The notes under the pieces: generated by a model
Database searches by the model: none
What the model was told of the DNA's origin: nothing
The model's input: only the letters and a program-made list of their open reading frames with translations
NCBI GenBank assembly: GCA_000436115.1
Contig: FR894558.1
Span: 83,974 to 147,973, forward strand
Reading direction: 5' to 3'
Source of the DNA: Firmicutes bacterium CAG:534
Lineage (GTDB): Bacteria > Bacillota > Clostridia > Lachnospirales > Lachnospiraceae
Length of the DNA stretch: 64,000 nucleotides
In this document: piece after piece, positions 40,001 through 51,364 of the stretch
Layout: each line of letters starts with the position of its first letter
Position numbering within the stretch: position 1 is the stretch's first letter
Made by a program: the position numbers and the translations under genes

Positions 40001-41224
40001 ATGGAGAAGAAGGTTGACAGACTGCTTGCGGCATTTTATATGCTTTTGGCAGTTGGGAGCAGAATCGCATATTTTATGGTAAATACCGGAAGCTTTTCGG
40101 ATCCCTACGGCTACTATGCCCATTCCGTAATAAAACAGGGAAGCAGAGAACCCATGCTTACCTCCGGGCTTGCTTATGCCTATACGCAGAATCTGTCAAA
40201 GCTTCTTGGCTTTTCCGGAAACAGACTGGATGCTGTTATGGTCTATCAAACCGTATTGCAGGTCCTGTGGATCCTGCTGTTATTTTTCAGCATGAGGCTT
40301 TTATTCGGTAAGGCTGCCGGTTACGTTTCGGGCCTGCTGATCTTGGGATCGCCGTTTCTGCTAAAGACGCTGATTACCGTAACGCCTGAAAATTACCTGA
40401 TGCTCAGGATTGCCGTTTTGATGTTTTTACTGGGGATTTTTATAAGGAAAACAGAAAAGAGCGGCTGGCACCGGAGCAGCTTGTGTGAGCTGTGTCTGAT
40501 GGTGCTAGGCTTTGGAACAGGCGTAGTGATCACCTGGAACTTCCTTGGGTTTGTGATCGTTCTTATTACAGCTTATGTTCTGGCATGCAACAAAAGGAGC
40601 CTGAAACAGGGACTGTGGGAGGAACGCAGGGAAGCAGAGGAAAAGCATTACAAAAAGCTTGAAAAATATCAGCTTATGCCGGTGGGATCACAGCTTATGA
40701 TCCTGACTGTAGGCACTTTGATCGGCATGTACGCCACCCTGATGAAATATACAGGGCTTACCGGAATTTCTGTGGGAGAACAGTTTTTATGGTGGACAGC
40801 GCAGTATCAAAGTATTCAGGAAAGACTGCAGGATGTCTCAGTGGTTACAACTGCTTATCTTGGCGGAAGTTTATTGCTTGGAACGGTTTTGGGCCTGGTG
40901 ATAAAATCCATACACAGCAGAAGACAGTGGGAAGCTCTTTACAGTGATGTGGAGGTGGCAGAGGATGAGAAGATCCTAAAAGACAGCAAAAAGGACAGCA
41001 AGACAGAAGAAACCAAAACAGAAGAAACTGAAACAACAATAATTGAAACAGAGAAAGCCGAAACAGTAATAGCCGAAACCGTTCAAAACGTTGTAGTCAC
41101 AGAGGATGGCAGGCAGGTGAAGCTGTTAGATAATCCGCTGCCTGTGCCCAAAAGGCATATTAAGCGGGAAATGGAATTCGATCTGAATGACTTTTCTGAT
41201 GGAAAAGACGATTTTGATATATAG
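40001..41224 (+). CDS. hypothetical polytopic membrane protein with acidic T/E-rich C-terminal tail
   Basis: About 8 hydrophobic helices over 300 aa, then KTEETKTEETETTIIETEKAETVIAETV low-complexity tail. No family recognised. Confidence 0.5.
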   Translation: MEKKVDRLLAAFYMLLAVGSRIAYFMVNTGSFSDPYGYYAHSVIKQGSREPMLTSGLAYAYTQNLSKLLGFSGNRLDAVMVYQTVLQVLWILLLFFSMRLLFGKAAGYVSGLLILGSPFLLKTLITVTPENYLMLRIAVLMFLLGIFIRKTEKSGWHRSSLCELCLMVLGFGTGVVITWNFLGFVIVLITAYVLACNKRSLKQGLWEERREAEEKHYKKLEKYQLMPVGSQLMILTVGTLIGMYATLMKYTGLTGISVGEQFLWWTAQYQSIQERLQDVSVVTTAYLGGSLLLGTVLGLVIKSIHSRRQWEALYSDVEVAEDEKILKDSKKDSKTEETKTEETETTIIETEKAETVIAETVQNVVVTEDGRQVKLLDNPLPVPKRHIKREMEFDLNDFSDGKDDFDI

Positions 41225-41278
41225 AACCACGAAACCCTGAAAGATCATACATAAAAAAAGAAAAAAAGAGCATGCTAA

Positions 41279-41305
41279 AGAGGGCCTGTAAAGGCTCTCT
41301 TTTTG
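41279..41305 (+). terminator. intrinsic terminator after the membrane protein
   Basis: AGAGGGCC-TGTAAA-GGCTCTCT stem (one G-U pair) followed by TTTTT. Confidence 0.55.
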
Positions 41306-41343
41306 TTAAAGACAAAGCAGCATGGATAACGGAGGTTTTTTGT

Positions 41344-42081
41344 ATGTCAGGGAAAAATCATGCATCAGAAAAGAAAACAGAGGAAGAAAAGCATAGAAGT
41401 GAACGGATCGAGGAGACCGGGGAAGTGACCCTTGATAAGAATGGAAAAGCGCATACCATTCATTTGATCTCCGTGATCGGTGAGGTGGAAGGCCATGATA
41501 ACCTTGGAACCAATTCTAAAACAACAAAATATGAGCATATTTTACCGGAGCTTGCAGCCATTGAGGACAGCAAGAATATTGACGGCGTTCTGATCCTCCT
41601 AAACACCATGGGAGGAGATGTGGAAGCGGGACTTGCCATTGCGGAAATGATCGCATCGCTGAGTAAGCCCACCGTGTCACTGGTACTTGGAGGAAGCCAT
41701 TCCATTGGAGTTCCTATAGCAACCAGCACGAACTATTCTTTTATCGTTCCTACGGGGACTATGGTGATCCATCCGGTCAGAATGAGTGGAATGGTGATTG
41801 GCGTTCCGCAGACCTTTGATTATTTCAGACAGATCCAGAACCGGATCACAGGCTTTGTGTGCGATCATTGCAGGATCAGCAAAAGCAGACTTGAGGAGCT
41901 GATGATGGAAACCGGCATTCTGACAAAGGATGTGGGGACGATCCTGGTAGGGCAGGAGGCAGTAAATGAAGGGATCATCAATGAAACGGGAGGGATCAGT
42001 GAGGCAATGGAGAAGCTTCATGAGCTGATCAACCTGGATGCTGCAAGAAAGCGCAAAAAGGCGTCTGCCAAAAACAAATAA
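41344..42081 (+). CDS. ClpP-family protease-like protein (TepA/YmfB-like translocation-enhancing protein)
   Basis: ClpP fold blocks LNTMGGDVEAGLAIAEMI and GGSHSIGVPIATS. Start at ATG 41344 (GGAGG 8 nt upstream). Lies directly upstream of ftsK. Confidence 0.7.
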   Translation: MSGKNHASEKKTEEEKHRSERIEETGEVTLDKNGKAHTIHLISVIGEVEGHDNLGTNSKTTKYEHILPELAAIEDSKNIDGVLILLNTMGGDVEAGLAIAEMIASLSKPTVSLVLGGSHSIGVPIATSTNYSFIVPTGTMVIHPVRMSGMVIGVPQTFDYFRQIQNRITGFVCDHCRISKSRLEELMMETGILTKDVGTILVGQEAVNEGIINETGGISEAMEKLHELINLDAARKRKKASAKNK

Positions 42082-42168
42082 TGGGTAGAGGATGACAAGA
42101 ATTCACGAAAATGCTATACTATAAAAGATTATTTTGAATTATTCAGGACATAAGCGAGGTTTGTTGGT

Positions 42169-44898
42169 ATGGCACAGACAAAGAAAGGAAACGGCGGACA
42201 AAGAGCAAACAGCCGCAAAAAGACAACAGGAAACAGGGGGAATTCAGGGAGAACTGCTTCTGCTCGGAAAGACCAAAGAAAAGCAGAACCCATGGATACG
42301 GCAATCCGAAATGAAATTTTTCTGATTGGTTTGTTTGCTGTCTGCATTTTTCTTTTTGTTTGTAATTTCAGGATCGCAGGAACCTTGGGAAATGCCATCA
42401 GTGATGTGATGTTTGGAATTTTTGGACTGCTGGCGTATGTGATGCCTCTGGCCCTGTTTTTGATGATCGCTTTTGGAACTGTGAATAATGGGAATTCCAT
42501 TGCACTCAGAAAGCTGATCGCCATTGGCTTTCTGGCCCTTCTTTTGTCGGCAGTTTTTGAACTGTTTACGGGAGCGCCGCTCGAGGCGCAGGAATATCAG
42601 CCCAAAGATATTTTTGAGGCCTGTAAGGAGGGAAGAAACGGCGGTGGGATCATTGGCGGCTCTGTGGCCTATGGCTTATATCATTTTCTGGGAGTTATCG
42701 GAACGGTGCTTGTGATCCTGGTGGCAGCGATCATTTCCGTTGTGGTGGTGACGGAGAGATCCTTTGTATCCGGAGTGAAAACGGGAAGCAGAAAGGTGTA
42801 TGAGAGATCAAGACAGGACGCTGCATACCGGAAAGAAAAGGCAAGACTTAAAAGAGAAGAGTTAGAAGAGGAAAGAGCCCGCAGAATAGAAGAAAAGAAG
42901 CTTCATCAGGAAGAACTGGAAAATGAAAAGATCCTCAGAATGGATAAAAAGGTTTCAGGTGTTATGCTGAATACCACCCTGACGGAGCAGGAGGAAAATG
43001 AAAAGGGCAGGGATGATCTTCATGAGATCAATCTGACAGATTTTGATAAACAGATGGAAAAAGCGGTTCGGGATGCAGAACGGGAGGAAACAGAGACTCC
43101 GGAGGAGAAGCAGTATGACTCCATACCTGTGATGATAAATGGCACCTATGATTATGAGGAGGGTGGCGATGAGCTGTCCGAGATCACCGGGGATTTTGAA
43201 ACCATGCAGGAGCCTTTTCCTGCAAAGGAGAGTGCTCCTTTCAGGGAAGAAGCACCGGGACTGCAGGAGCAGCCAGCTTTCCCAAAGGCGAAAGCGGTGG
43301 CTTCCGCCACAAAGGATCAGGGATCTATCTGGAGAGATGGAAATGCTGCGAGAGGCACTTCCGGCAGCGTTACTTTTTCAGACCCTGCAGCGCCGAAAGC
43401 AGAAAAGCCGAAACCGGCTCTCCCTAAGAAATACATATTTCCACCGCTGAACCTTCTGGTAAAGGGACAGGGGAAAAACGGTGATTCTTCAAAGGAACTG
43501 AGAGAAACGGCGCGCAGGCTGCAGCAGACATTAGAGACCTTTGGCGTTAAGGTGACGATCACCGACATCAGCCAGGGACCTGCTGTTACAAGGTTTGAAC
43601 TGCAGCCGGAACAGGGAGTGAAGGTCAGCAAGATTGTAGGACTTTCTGATGACATTAAGTTAAATCTTGCTGCAACGGATATCAGAATTGAAGCGCCAAT
43701 TCCCGGGAAGGCAGCCATCGGCATCGAAGTGCCCAATAAGGAAAATTCCATGGTTGCGCTGCGGGATCTGCTGGAAAGCAGAGAATTTAAGGAATTCCCA
43801 TCAAATCTTGCCTTTGCGGTAGGAAAGGACATCGGCGGAAAAGTGGTAGTGGCGGATATTGCCAAAATGCCTCATATGCTGATTGCCGGTGCTACCGGGT
43901 CAGGAAAGTCGGTCTGCATTAATACCTTGATCATGAGTATCATTTATAAGGCAAACCCGGAGGATGTGAAGCTGATCATGGTAGATCCCAAGGTAGTGGA
44001 GCTGAGTGTGTACAACGGGATCCCGCATCTTTTGATCCCGGTAGTTACAGATCCCAAAAAGGCGTCGGCAGCCCTGCAGTGGGGAGTGGCTGAAATGACA
44101 GACCGTTATCAGAAGTTTGCAGATTTCAATGTGCGTGACCTGAAGGGATATAATAAAAAGCTTGAAACAATGACGGCCCAGGGAGAAAGCGATGTTCCGG
44201 CAAAGATGCCCCAGATCGTGATCATTGTGGACGAGTTGGCAGATCTGATGATGGTTTCGCCGGGAGAGGTGGAGGAATCCATCTGCCGTCTGGCACAGCT
44301 TGCCCGTGCGGCCGGGATCCATCTGATCATAGCAACCCAAAGACCCTCTGTAGATGTAATCACGGGCCTGATTAAGGCAAATATGCCAAGCCGTGTGGCA
44401 TTCAGCGTTTCCAGCGGTGTGGATTCCAGGACAATCCTGGATATGAACGGAGCGGAAAAGCTTCTGGGAAAAGGAGATATGCTGTTTTATCCTCAGGGAT
44501 ATACAAAGCCGGCCAGAGTGCAGGGAGCCTTTGTTTCGGACAAGGAAGTGTCAGATGTAGTAGAATTCCTGAAAAATCAGGCTCTTGGAAATGTGTATGA
44601 TCCGGAGATCCAGGATAAGATTGCAGCCCATACAGGCGGAGGTGCCGCATCAGGAGGCTCCGAGGGAGGAAATGAAAGGGATCAGTATTTTGAGGAAGCA
44701 GGAAGATTTATCATAGAAAAGGAAAAGGCATCCATTGGAATGTTACAGAGGGTGTTTAAAATTGGTTTTAACCGGGCTGCAAGGATCATGGATCAGCTAT
44801 GCGAGGCAGGAGTGGTTGGAGAAGAGGAAGGAACAAAGCCGCGCAGGGTCCTGATGAGCATGGAGCAGTTCGAGCAGTATATAGAGGAGGTACTATAA
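42169..44898 (+). CDS. ftsK: DNA translocase FtsK/SpoIIIE
   Basis: N-terminal 4-TM anchor, long Glu/Lys/Pro-rich linker, motor domain with Walker [10 protein letters not shown] and Walker [13 protein letters not shown]-terminal gamma (winged-helix) domain. Confidence 0.9.
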   Translation: MAQTKKGNGGQRANSRKKTTGNRGNSGRTASARKDQRKAEPMDTAIRNEIFLIGLFAVCIFLFVCNFRIAGTLGNAISDVMFGIFGLLAYVMPLALFLMIAFGTVNNGNSIALRKLIAIGFLALLLSAVFELFTGAPLEAQEYQPKDIFEACKEGRNGGGIIGGSVAYGLYHFLGVIGTVLVILVAAIISVVVVTERSFVSGVKTGSRKVYERSRQDAAYRKEKARLKREELEEERARRIEEKKLHQEELENEKILRMDKKVSGVMLNTTLTEQEENEKGRDDLHEINLTDFDKQMEKAVRDAEREETETPEEKQYDSIPVMINGTYDYEEGGDELSEITGDFETMQEPFPAKESAPFREEAPGLQEQPAFPKAKAVASATKDQGSIWRDGNAARGTSGSVTFSDPAAPKAEKPKPALPKKYIFPPLNLLVKGQGKNGDSSKELRETARRLQQTLETFGVKVTITDISQGPAVTRFELQPEQGVKVSKIVGLSDDIKLNLAATDIRIEAPIPGKAAIGIEVPNKENSMVALRDLLESREFKEFPSNLAFAVGKDIGGKVVVADIAKMPHMLIAGATGSGKSVCINTLIMSIIYKANPEDVKLIMVDPKVVELSVYNGIPHLLIPVVTDPKKASAALQWGVAEMTDRYQKFADFNVRDLKGYNKKLETMTAQGESDVPAKMPQIVIIVDELADLMMVSPGEVEESICRLAQLARAAGIHLIIATQRPSVDVITGLIKANMPSRVAFSVSSGVDSRTILDMNGAEKLLGKGDMLFYPQGYTKPARVQGAFVSDKEVSDVVEFLKNQALGNVYDPEIQDKIAAHTGGGAASGGSEGGNERDQYFEEAGRFIIEKEKASIGMLQRVFKIGFNRAARIMDQLCEAGVVGEEEGTKPRRVLMSMEQFEQYIEEVL

Positions 44899-44925
44899 AC
44901 CAATATTTTACATAAATGAGGAGGC

Positions 44926-46602
44926 GTGATTATGAAATCAGACATTCAAATTGCACAGGAAGCTGCGATGCTGCCGATCACACAGGTGGCGGAGAAACTG
45001 AACATTTCAGCGGATGAGCTGGAGCTTTACGGAAAATATAAAGCAAAGCTTTCCGATGAGTATTTGAAGCAGATTTCCCAAAATCCCGATGGGAAACTGA
45101 TCCTGGTTACGGCGATCAATCCAACACCTGCCGGAGAAGGAAAGACTACCACAACGGTAGGACTTGGACAGGCCTTCGGCAGACTTTCCAAAAAAGCGAT
45201 CATTGCCCTGCGGGAGCCTTCCCTGGGCCCCTGCTTTGGAATAAAAGGAGGAGCAGCCGGAGGCGGCTATGCGCAGGTAGTTCCTATGGAGGATCTGAAC
45301 CTTCATTTTACAGGAGATTTTCATGCGATTACCTCTGCAAATAACCTTCTTGCAGCCCTTTTGGACAATCATATCCAGCAGGGAAACGAACTGGGGATAG
45401 ATACCAGGTCGGTGGTATGGAAACGTTGCCTTGATATGAATGACAGGGTTCTCAGAAATATTGTAGTGGGTCTTGGGGCAAAAACGGACGGAACGGTCAG
45501 AGAAGACCATTTCGTGATCACAGTTGCCTCGGAGATCATGGCGGTTCTCTGCCTTTCTGATGATATGCAGGATCTGAAAAAACGTCTTGGTAAAATGGTA
45601 GTGGCATACAACTACAGCGGAGAGCCTGTAACGGCTGCAGATCTGAATGCAGTAGGAGCAATGGCAGCCCTTTTGAAGGACGCACTGAAACCAAACCTGA
45701 TTCAGACCCTGGAGCATACGCCGGCACTTGTCCACGGAGGCCCCTTTGCCAATATTGCCCATGGGTGCAATTCTGTAAGGGCAACCAAGGCGGCTTTAAA
45801 GATGGCGGATTATGTGATCACCGAGGCAGGCTTTGGAGCAGATCTGGGAGCAGAAAAGTTCTTTGATATCAAGTGCAGGATGTCAGGGCTGAAACCGGAC
45901 GCCGTTGTTTTGGTTGCAACCATAAGAGCGCTGAAATATAATGGAGGAGTTCTGAGGACAGAGCTTTCCACAGAAAATATGGATGCCCTCAAAAAAGGAA
46001 TTGTAAATCTGGAAAAGCATATAGAAAATCTTCAGAAATTTGGGGTGCCTGTAGTGGTAACCTTAAACAGCTTTCTGACGGATACTCCCGCTGAAACCGC
46101 TTATGTAAAGCAGTTCTGTGAGGAGCGGGGCTGTGAGTTTGCACTTTCCGAAGTTTGGGAAAAGGGCGGAGAAGGCGGAATTGCCTTAGCGGAAAAGGTG
46201 CTTTTTACCCTGGAGAACAAACAGAGCAATTTCCGGGTTCTTTATGGGGAGGAGGCGTCCCTGGAAGAAAAGATCGAAACCATTGCACGGGAGATTTACG
46301 GGGCAAAGGGAGTAAACTATTCTTCACAGGCGAAAAAGCAGCTTGCTAAGCTTTCCGAGCTTGGCTTTGGAACGCTTCCTGTCTGCATGGCAAAAACCCA
46401 GTATTCCCTTTCGGATGATCCGGCACTTTTGGGAAGACCGGAAAATTTTGAGATCAGTGTAAGAGAAGCATATGTATCAGCAGGAGCGGGCTTCGTGGTT
46501 GTTTTGACAGGAACGGTCATGACCATGCCGGGACTGCCCAAAAAGCCTGCGGCTTACAACATAGATGTAGAGGAAAACGGAAAGATCACAGGGCTTTTTT
46601 AA
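44926..46602 (+). CDS. fhs: formate--tetrahydrofolate ligase
   Basis: 558 aa. [16 protein letters not shown]-loop and conserved FTHFS blocks. Confidence 0.9.
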   Translation: MIMKSDIQIAQEAAMLPITQVAEKLNISADELELYGKYKAKLSDEYLKQISQNPDGKLILVTAINPTPAGEGKTTTTVGLGQAFGRLSKKAIIALREPSLGPCFGIKGGAAGGGYAQVVPMEDLNLHFTGDFHAITSANNLLAALLDNHIQQGNELGIDTRSVVWKRCLDMNDRVLRNIVVGLGAKTDGTVREDHFVITVASEIMAVLCLSDDMQDLKKRLGKMVVAYNYSGEPVTAADLNAVGAMAALLKDALKPNLIQTLEHTPALVHGGPFANIAHGCNSVRATKAALKMADYVITEAGFGADLGAEKFFDIKCRMSGLKPDAVVLVATIRALKYNGGVLRTELSTENMDALKKGIVNLEKHIENLQKFGVPVVVTLNSFLTDTPAETAYVKQFCEERGCEFALSEVWEKGGEGGIALAEKVLFTLENKQSNFRVLYGEEASLEEKIETIAREIYGAKGVNYSSQAKKQLAKLSELGFGTLPVCMAKTQYSLSDDPALLGRPENFEISVREAYVSAGAGFVVVLTGTVMTMPGLPKKPAAYNIDVEENGKITGLF

Positions 46603-46613
46603 AAGCGGAAAGG

Positions 46614-47462
46614 ATGGCAGTTATGACGAAGATAATAGACGGAAAAGCAATTTCCATGCAGATCAAAGAGGAAATAAAAAAGGAAGCAGCCTCCTTAAAG
46701 GAACAGGGCAAAAACGTGACGCTGGCTGTGATACAGGTAGGAGATAATCCGGCCTCCTGCGTTTATGTCAGAAACAAGAAAAAGGGCTGTGAATATATCG
46801 GGATCGGTTCTCTTTCCTATGAGCTGAAGGAGGAGACAACGCAGGAAGAGCTGCTATCGCTGATACGGGAGTTAAATGCAAGGGAAGATGTGAACGGCAT
46901 TCTGGTTCAGCTTCCGTTACCGGCACATATTGATGAGGATACTGTGATCAGGGAGATTGACCCTAAAAAGGATGTGGATGGCTTTCATCCGCAAAGCGTA
47001 GGGGCGCTCTGCATCGGACAGCCTGGCTTTGTTTCCTGTACCCCGGCCGGGATCATTGAGCTTTTAAAAAGAAGCGGGGTCTCGCTGGAAGGAAAGGAAT
47101 GCGTCATTCTGGGAAGAAGCAATATTGTGGGAAAGCCTATGGCCCTTTTGATGCTGCGTGAGAATGCAACGGTAACCATTGCACATTCCAGAACCAAAAA
47201 CCTTGCGGAAGTGACAAAGCGGGCAGATATTCTGATCGTAGCCATCGGAAAACCCAAAATGATCACAAGAGAGTATGTCAAGGAGGGTGCGGTTGTCATT
47301 GATGTAGGCATCAACAGAGACCAGAACAACAAGCTTTGCGGAGATGTGGATTTTGATGATGTTGCACCGGTGTGCAGCGCCATTACGCCTGTTCCCGGTG
47401 GAGTAGGCCCTATGACCATTGCAATGCTGTTAAATAACTGTATGGAGTCTGTGAGGAAATAA
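46614..47462 (+). CDS. folD: bifunctional methylene-THF dehydrogenase / methenyl-THF cyclohydrolase
   Basis: 282 aa. YVRNKKK, GRSNIVGKPMALLM and PVPGGVGPMT blocks. Confidence 0.9.
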   Translation: MAVMTKIIDGKAISMQIKEEIKKEAASLKEQGKNVTLAVIQVGDNPASCVYVRNKKKGCEYIGIGSLSYELKEETTQEELLSLIRELNAREDVNGILVQLPLPAHIDEDTVIREIDPKKDVDGFHPQSVGALCIGQPGFVSCTPAGIIELLKRSGVSLEGKECVILGRSNIVGKPMALLMLRENATVTIAHSRTKNLAEVTKRADILIVAIGKPKMITREYVKEGAVVIDVGINRDQNNKLCGDVDFDDVAPVCSAITPVPGGVGPMTIAMLLNNCMESVRK

Positions 47463-47464
47463 TC

Positions 47465-48919
47465 ATGAAGTGCCCAAGCTGTGGCGCCAGAATGAAGGAA
47501 GGCCATTTGTACTGCGAAAAGTGCGGCAGGGAAATACAGATGGTTCCTGATTTTGAGCCGGAAATTGAAAACAGCATACGGGAAACGCTCTCAAGCGTGG
47601 GCGAGGAGATCGAAGGAGAAAAGGGAAGCGCTAAGGATGCAGAGGCGCAAAGCACAAAGGGATCTTCCGAAGGATCGCAGGAGCGGAAAAGGCTGCTTGT
47701 CACCTGGATAGCAGTCTTTTCCGCAGTGACTGTTTTGACGCTGCTTGGAGGCTTTTTTTTCTACCATCGGTATTCTTATGATTATCATGTGAAGCAGGCC
47801 AGGAAATATGCGAAGGATGGTTCCTATGAAAAAGCCATCGACTATCTGGAGAGAGCACAGGAACTGGATCGCAATGGGGTAGATGCGGTTTTTCTGGAAG
47901 CGGATTATTATCTGGAGCTCAAGGAAGAAGATCAGGCTCTTTTTCTTCTGCTCAATATGATAGAGCGGAAGCAGCTTACCTATGACCAGCTTGAAAAAGC
48001 CTATGAGCGCATTGTCTCCATTTATGACAGCCAGGGAAAATACGAGGAGATCAGCAGACTGTTAAAGGCATGTACGGAGGAGGAGATCCAAAATCATTTC
48101 CAAAACTATATGGCTTTAGAGCCCCAGCTTGATTATCCTTCAGGAGATTATGACAGGGTTCTGATGCTCAAGCTGAGCGCCAATACCACAGGGAAAATTT
48201 ATTACACCTTTGATGGAAGCGATCCGGATGAGCATAGTCTGATCTACACGGCCCCGCTTTTTTTGGAAACGGGGGAATATCAGATCTCTGCGGTTTTTGT
48301 AAATGATTATGGGATAAAAAGCCCTGTTGTACGGGGCTGGTATGTGATCCATGTGGCGGTTCCAAAAGCGCCGGAGGTACCGGTGAAGAGCGGCGATTAC
48401 CATGAGATCACCATGATTGAAGTGAATTCTGACGAGGAAGGAGAAATTCACTATACATCGGACGGATCAGATCCCTCAAGGGACAGCCCCCTATATACTT
48501 CGCCTATTCAGATGCCCCTTGGCCGCAGCAATTTCAAGTTTGCGGTGATCTCCGAGGAGGGCGTGTCAAGCGAGGTGGTCAGCAGAAGCTTTGACTTTAC
48601 GCTGGATACGCAGATAACGGTAGAAAGAGCTGCCAGGAATGTGATACAGGCATTATATGACAGGAAGGTGCTTTCGGATCTGTATGGGCATTCTCCGGAA
48701 ATAGAGGGAAAATATGTATTTGCTTATGATACTATTGTGGAAATTCCCGATTTAGGCTATTATTATATTTTAGATGAATTTGTAGAGGACGGCAGCGGTA
48801 CCAGAACAAAAACGGGACGGCTGTATGCGGTAGAGGTTTATACCGGAGCGCCGAACAGATTGATCTACCATGAAAATGGAGAGATGGGACTGATTTCTCT
48901 TACAGATACTAAATCGTGA
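47465..48919 (+). CDS. hypothetical protein: N-terminal zinc ribbon, one TM helix, TPR-like region, two chitobiase/beta-hexosaminidase C-terminal-like (CHB_HEX_C) repeats
   Basis: CPSCGARM...CEKCG zinc ribbon. TM LLVTWIAVFSAVTVLTLLGGFFFY. Two IYYTxDGSDP...Y(T/S)xP repeats. Confidence 0.55.
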   Translation: MKCPSCGARMKEGHLYCEKCGREIQMVPDFEPEIENSIRETLSSVGEEIEGEKGSAKDAEAQSTKGSSEGSQERKRLLVTWIAVFSAVTVLTLLGGFFFYHRYSYDYHVKQARKYAKDGSYEKAIDYLERAQELDRNGVDAVFLEADYYLELKEEDQALFLLLNMIERKQLTYDQLEKAYERIVSIYDSQGKYEEISRLLKACTEEEIQNHFQNYMALEPQLDYPSGDYDRVLMLKLSANTTGKIYYTFDGSDPDEHSLIYTAPLFLETGEYQISAVFVNDYGIKSPVVRGWYVIHVAVPKAPEVPVKSGDYHEITMIEVNSDEEGEIHYTSDGSDPSRDSPLYTSPIQMPLGRSNFKFAVISEEGVSSEVVSRSFDFTLDTQITVERAARNVIQALYDRKVLSDLYGHSPEIEGKYVFAYDTIVEIPDLGYYYILDEFVEDGSGTRTKTGRLYAVEVYTGAPNRLIYHENGEMGLISLTDTKS

Positions 48920-48957
48920 GAAATTAATTTTATATAAAAGTAGGAAAGGGATTAGAG

Positions 48958-49839
48958 ATGTACAAGATTTTAGAAGCAAAAGAGCTGGCTGCCAATATTT
49001 TTTATATGGTAGTGGAAGCAAAGAGAGTAGCAAAGGCATGCAAACCGGGACAGTTTGTGATTGTCAGAGCAGCAGAAGATTCTGAGAGAATTCCCCTTAC
49101 GATCTGTGATTATGATGCGGAAAAGGGAACGGTTACCATTGTATTTCAGATCGTAGGCGCAGGAACGCTTATGATGTCCGGGCTGAAGGCGGGAGATGCG
49201 TTCCATGATTTTGTAGGCCCTCTTGGATGTCCTTCTGAATTTGTGGAAGAAGATCTGGAAACGTTGAAGAATAAAAAGCTTCTTTTTGTGGCCGGCGGCG
49301 TGGGAACAGCACCTGTTTATCCCCAGGTTAAATGGCTTCATGAGCATGGAATTGAGGCGGATGTGATTGTAGGCGCCAAAACAAAGGATCTGCTGATCCT
49401 GGAAGAGGAAATGAAGGCAGTAGCAGGCAATCTGTATGTGACTACAGATGATGGCTCCTACGGCAGAAGCGGCATGGTAACACAGACGATCACAGACCTT
49501 GTGGAAGAAGGAAAGCATTATGATGTATGTGTTGCCATTGGCCCCATGATCATGATGAAATTTGTCTGCAAGCTTACAAAAGAGCTTGAAATTCCAACTG
49601 TTGTAAGCTTAAATCCCATTATGGTAGATGGCACGGGAATGTGCGGTGCCTGCCGCGTTACCATTGACGGAGAAGTAAAATTTGCCTGTGTGGACGGCCC
49701 GGAATTTGATGGCCATAAGGTGAATTTTGATGAGGCAATGCAGCGTCAGCAGATTTACAAGACTGCTGAGGGACGAGCATATCTGGCAGCAAAAGAAGGC
49801 GCTACTCATCATGGCGGCTGTGGAAACTGCGGTAATTAA
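48958..49839 (+). CDS. nfnA: sulfide dehydrogenase/NfnA-like FAD/NAD(P)-binding subunit with C-terminal [2Fe-2S] site (GltD-partner subunit)
   Basis: FNR-like fold (QFVIVRAAEDSERIPLTI, GVGTAPVYP) and C-terminal CGACRV Cys cluster. Followed by GltD-like subunit. Confidence 0.7.
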   Translation: MYKILEAKELAANIFYMVVEAKRVAKACKPGQFVIVRAAEDSERIPLTICDYDAEKGTVTIVFQIVGAGTLMMSGLKAGDAFHDFVGPLGCPSEFVEEDLETLKNKKLLFVAGGVGTAPVYPQVKWLHEHGIEADVIVGAKTKDLLILEEEMKAVAGNLYVTTDDGSYGRSGMVTQTITDLVEEGKHYDVCVAIGPMIMMKFVCKLTKELEIPTVVSLNPIMVDGTGMCGACRVTIDGEVKFACVDGPEFDGHKVNFDEAMQRQQIYKTAEGRAYLAAKEGATHHGGCGNCGN

Positions 49840-49869
49840 GGAATTGAAAAGGATAAAGGAGCAGATAAA

Positions 49870-51255
49870 ATGGACGTATTAAAGAAGGTTCCTGTAAAAG
49901 AACAGGATGCAAAGGTCAGGGCAGCTAATTTTCAGGAGGTATGCCTTGGATATAATAAAGAAGAGGCCATGGAAGAAGCCACAAGATGTATTAACTGCAA
50001 GAATGCGCAGTGTATCAAAGGGTGTCCGGTATCCATTAACATTCCTGGCTTTATCGAAAAAGTAAAGGAAGGAAAGATTGAGGAGGCGTATCAGATCATC
50101 AGTGAATCCTCGGCGCTTCCTGCTGTCTGCGGACGTGTATGTCCCCAGGAGAGCCAGTGTGAAGGAAAATGTATCAGAGGAATTAAGGGGGAAGCTCTTT
50201 CCATCGGAAAGCTGGAGCGTTTTGTTGCAGATTATGCCAGGGAAAACGGCATAAGGCCCCAGGGAGCAGAAAAGAAAAACGGAAAGAAGGTTGCCGTGAT
50301 CGGTTCCGGCCCTTCCGGATTGACCTGCGCAGGGGATCTGGCAAAGCTTGGATATGAGGTGACCATTTTTGAAGCCCTTCATGAGCCCGGCGGAGTGCTG
50401 GTATATGGAATTCCTGAGTTCCGTCTGCCTAAATCGGCTGTAGTAGCGAAGGAAATTGAAAATGTAAAGGCACTTGGGGTAAAGATTGAAACCAATGTTG
50501 TAGTTGGAAAATCCGTTACCATAGATGAACTGTTAGAGGAAGAAGGCTTTGATGCTGTTTATATCGGTTCAGGAGCCGGACTGCCTAAATTTATGGGAAT
50601 TCCGGGAGAGCAGGCAAACGGCGTGTTCTCTGCAAATGAGTACCTGACCAGAAGCAATCTGATGAAGGCCTTTGACGAAAACTCCAACACCCCTATCATG
50701 AGAGGCAAAAAGGTGGCTGTAGTAGGCGGCGGAAATGTGGCAATGGATGCGGCAAGAACAGCGCTCAGACTGGGAGCAGAGGTGCATGTGGTCTATAGAA
50801 GAAGCGAAGAAGAACTGCCTGCCCGTGTAGAGGAAGTGCATCACGCAAAAGAAGAAGGGATTATCTTCAATCTTCTTACCAATCCCACAGAAATCCTTGA
50901 GGATGAAAAGGGCTGGGTAAAAGGGATCCGCTGCATTAAGATGGAGCTCGGTGAGCCTGATGCATCGGGAAGAAGAAGACCGGTTGAAATTCCGGGTTCA
51001 GAGTTTGACATGGAAGTGGATACGGTGATCATGTCGCTTGGCACTTCCCCGAATCCTCTGATTTCTTCTACCACAAAGGGACTGGAAGTCAATAAGAGAA
51101 AATGTATCGTGGCAGATGAAGAATTCGGCAAGACCCCTAAAGAGGGAGTTTATGCCGGAGGAGACGCTGTGACCGGTGCGGCAACCGTAATCCTTGCTAT
51201 GGGGGCAGGACGTGCAGGCGCAAGAGGAATTCACGAATACCTTCAGAACAAATAA
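49870..51255 (+). CDS. nfnB: NADPH-dependent glutamate synthase beta-chain-like oxidoreductase (NfnB/SudA-like)
   Basis: N-terminal 2x[4Fe-4S] Cys motifs (CINCKNAQC, CPQESQCEGKC), FAD and NADPH GxGxxG folds (VAVIGSGPSGLTCA, VAVVGGGNVAMD). Confidence 0.75.
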   Translation: MDVLKKVPVKEQDAKVRAANFQEVCLGYNKEEAMEEATRCINCKNAQCIKGCPVSINIPGFIEKVKEGKIEEAYQIISESSALPAVCGRVCPQESQCEGKCIRGIKGEALSIGKLERFVADYARENGIRPQGAEKKNGKKVAVIGSGPSGLTCAGDLAKLGYEVTIFEALHEPGGVLVYGIPEFRLPKSAVVAKEIENVKALGVKIETNVVVGKSVTIDELLEEEGFDAVYIGSGAGLPKFMGIPGEQANGVFSANEYLTRSNLMKAFDENSNTPIMRGKKVAVVGGGNVAMDAARTALRLGAEVHVVYRRSEEELPARVEEVHHAKEEGIIFNLLTNPTEILEDEKGWVKGIRCIKMELGEPDASGRRRPVEIPGSEFDMEVDTVIMSLGTSPNPLISSTTKGLEVNKRKCIVADEEFGKTPKEGVYAGGDAVTGAATVILAMGAGRAGARGIHEYLQNK

Positions 51256-51288
51256 GAAAATATTAATAATTCTTTTGTCTTAAATTAA

Positions 51289-51339
51289 AAGTTCTGCGCT
51301 ATAGTTGAAGAGTAAAACGGATGCGAAAGCGCAGAACTT
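51289..51339 (+). terminator. long-stem hairpin after nfnB (possible terminator or RNA element)
   Basis: 12-bp perfect stem AAGTTCTGCGCT / AGCGCAGAACTT with 27-nt loop. Only a weak T tract follows, so terminator function is uncertain. Confidence 0.3.
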
Positions 51340-51364
51340 TATAGTATGAAAGGCATGGAGAGAA

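Noticed and set aside
40960-41110. Repetitive GAAACA/GAAACC stretch
   Set aside because: Encodes the acidic T/E-rich C-terminal tail of the membrane protein. Not a separate element.
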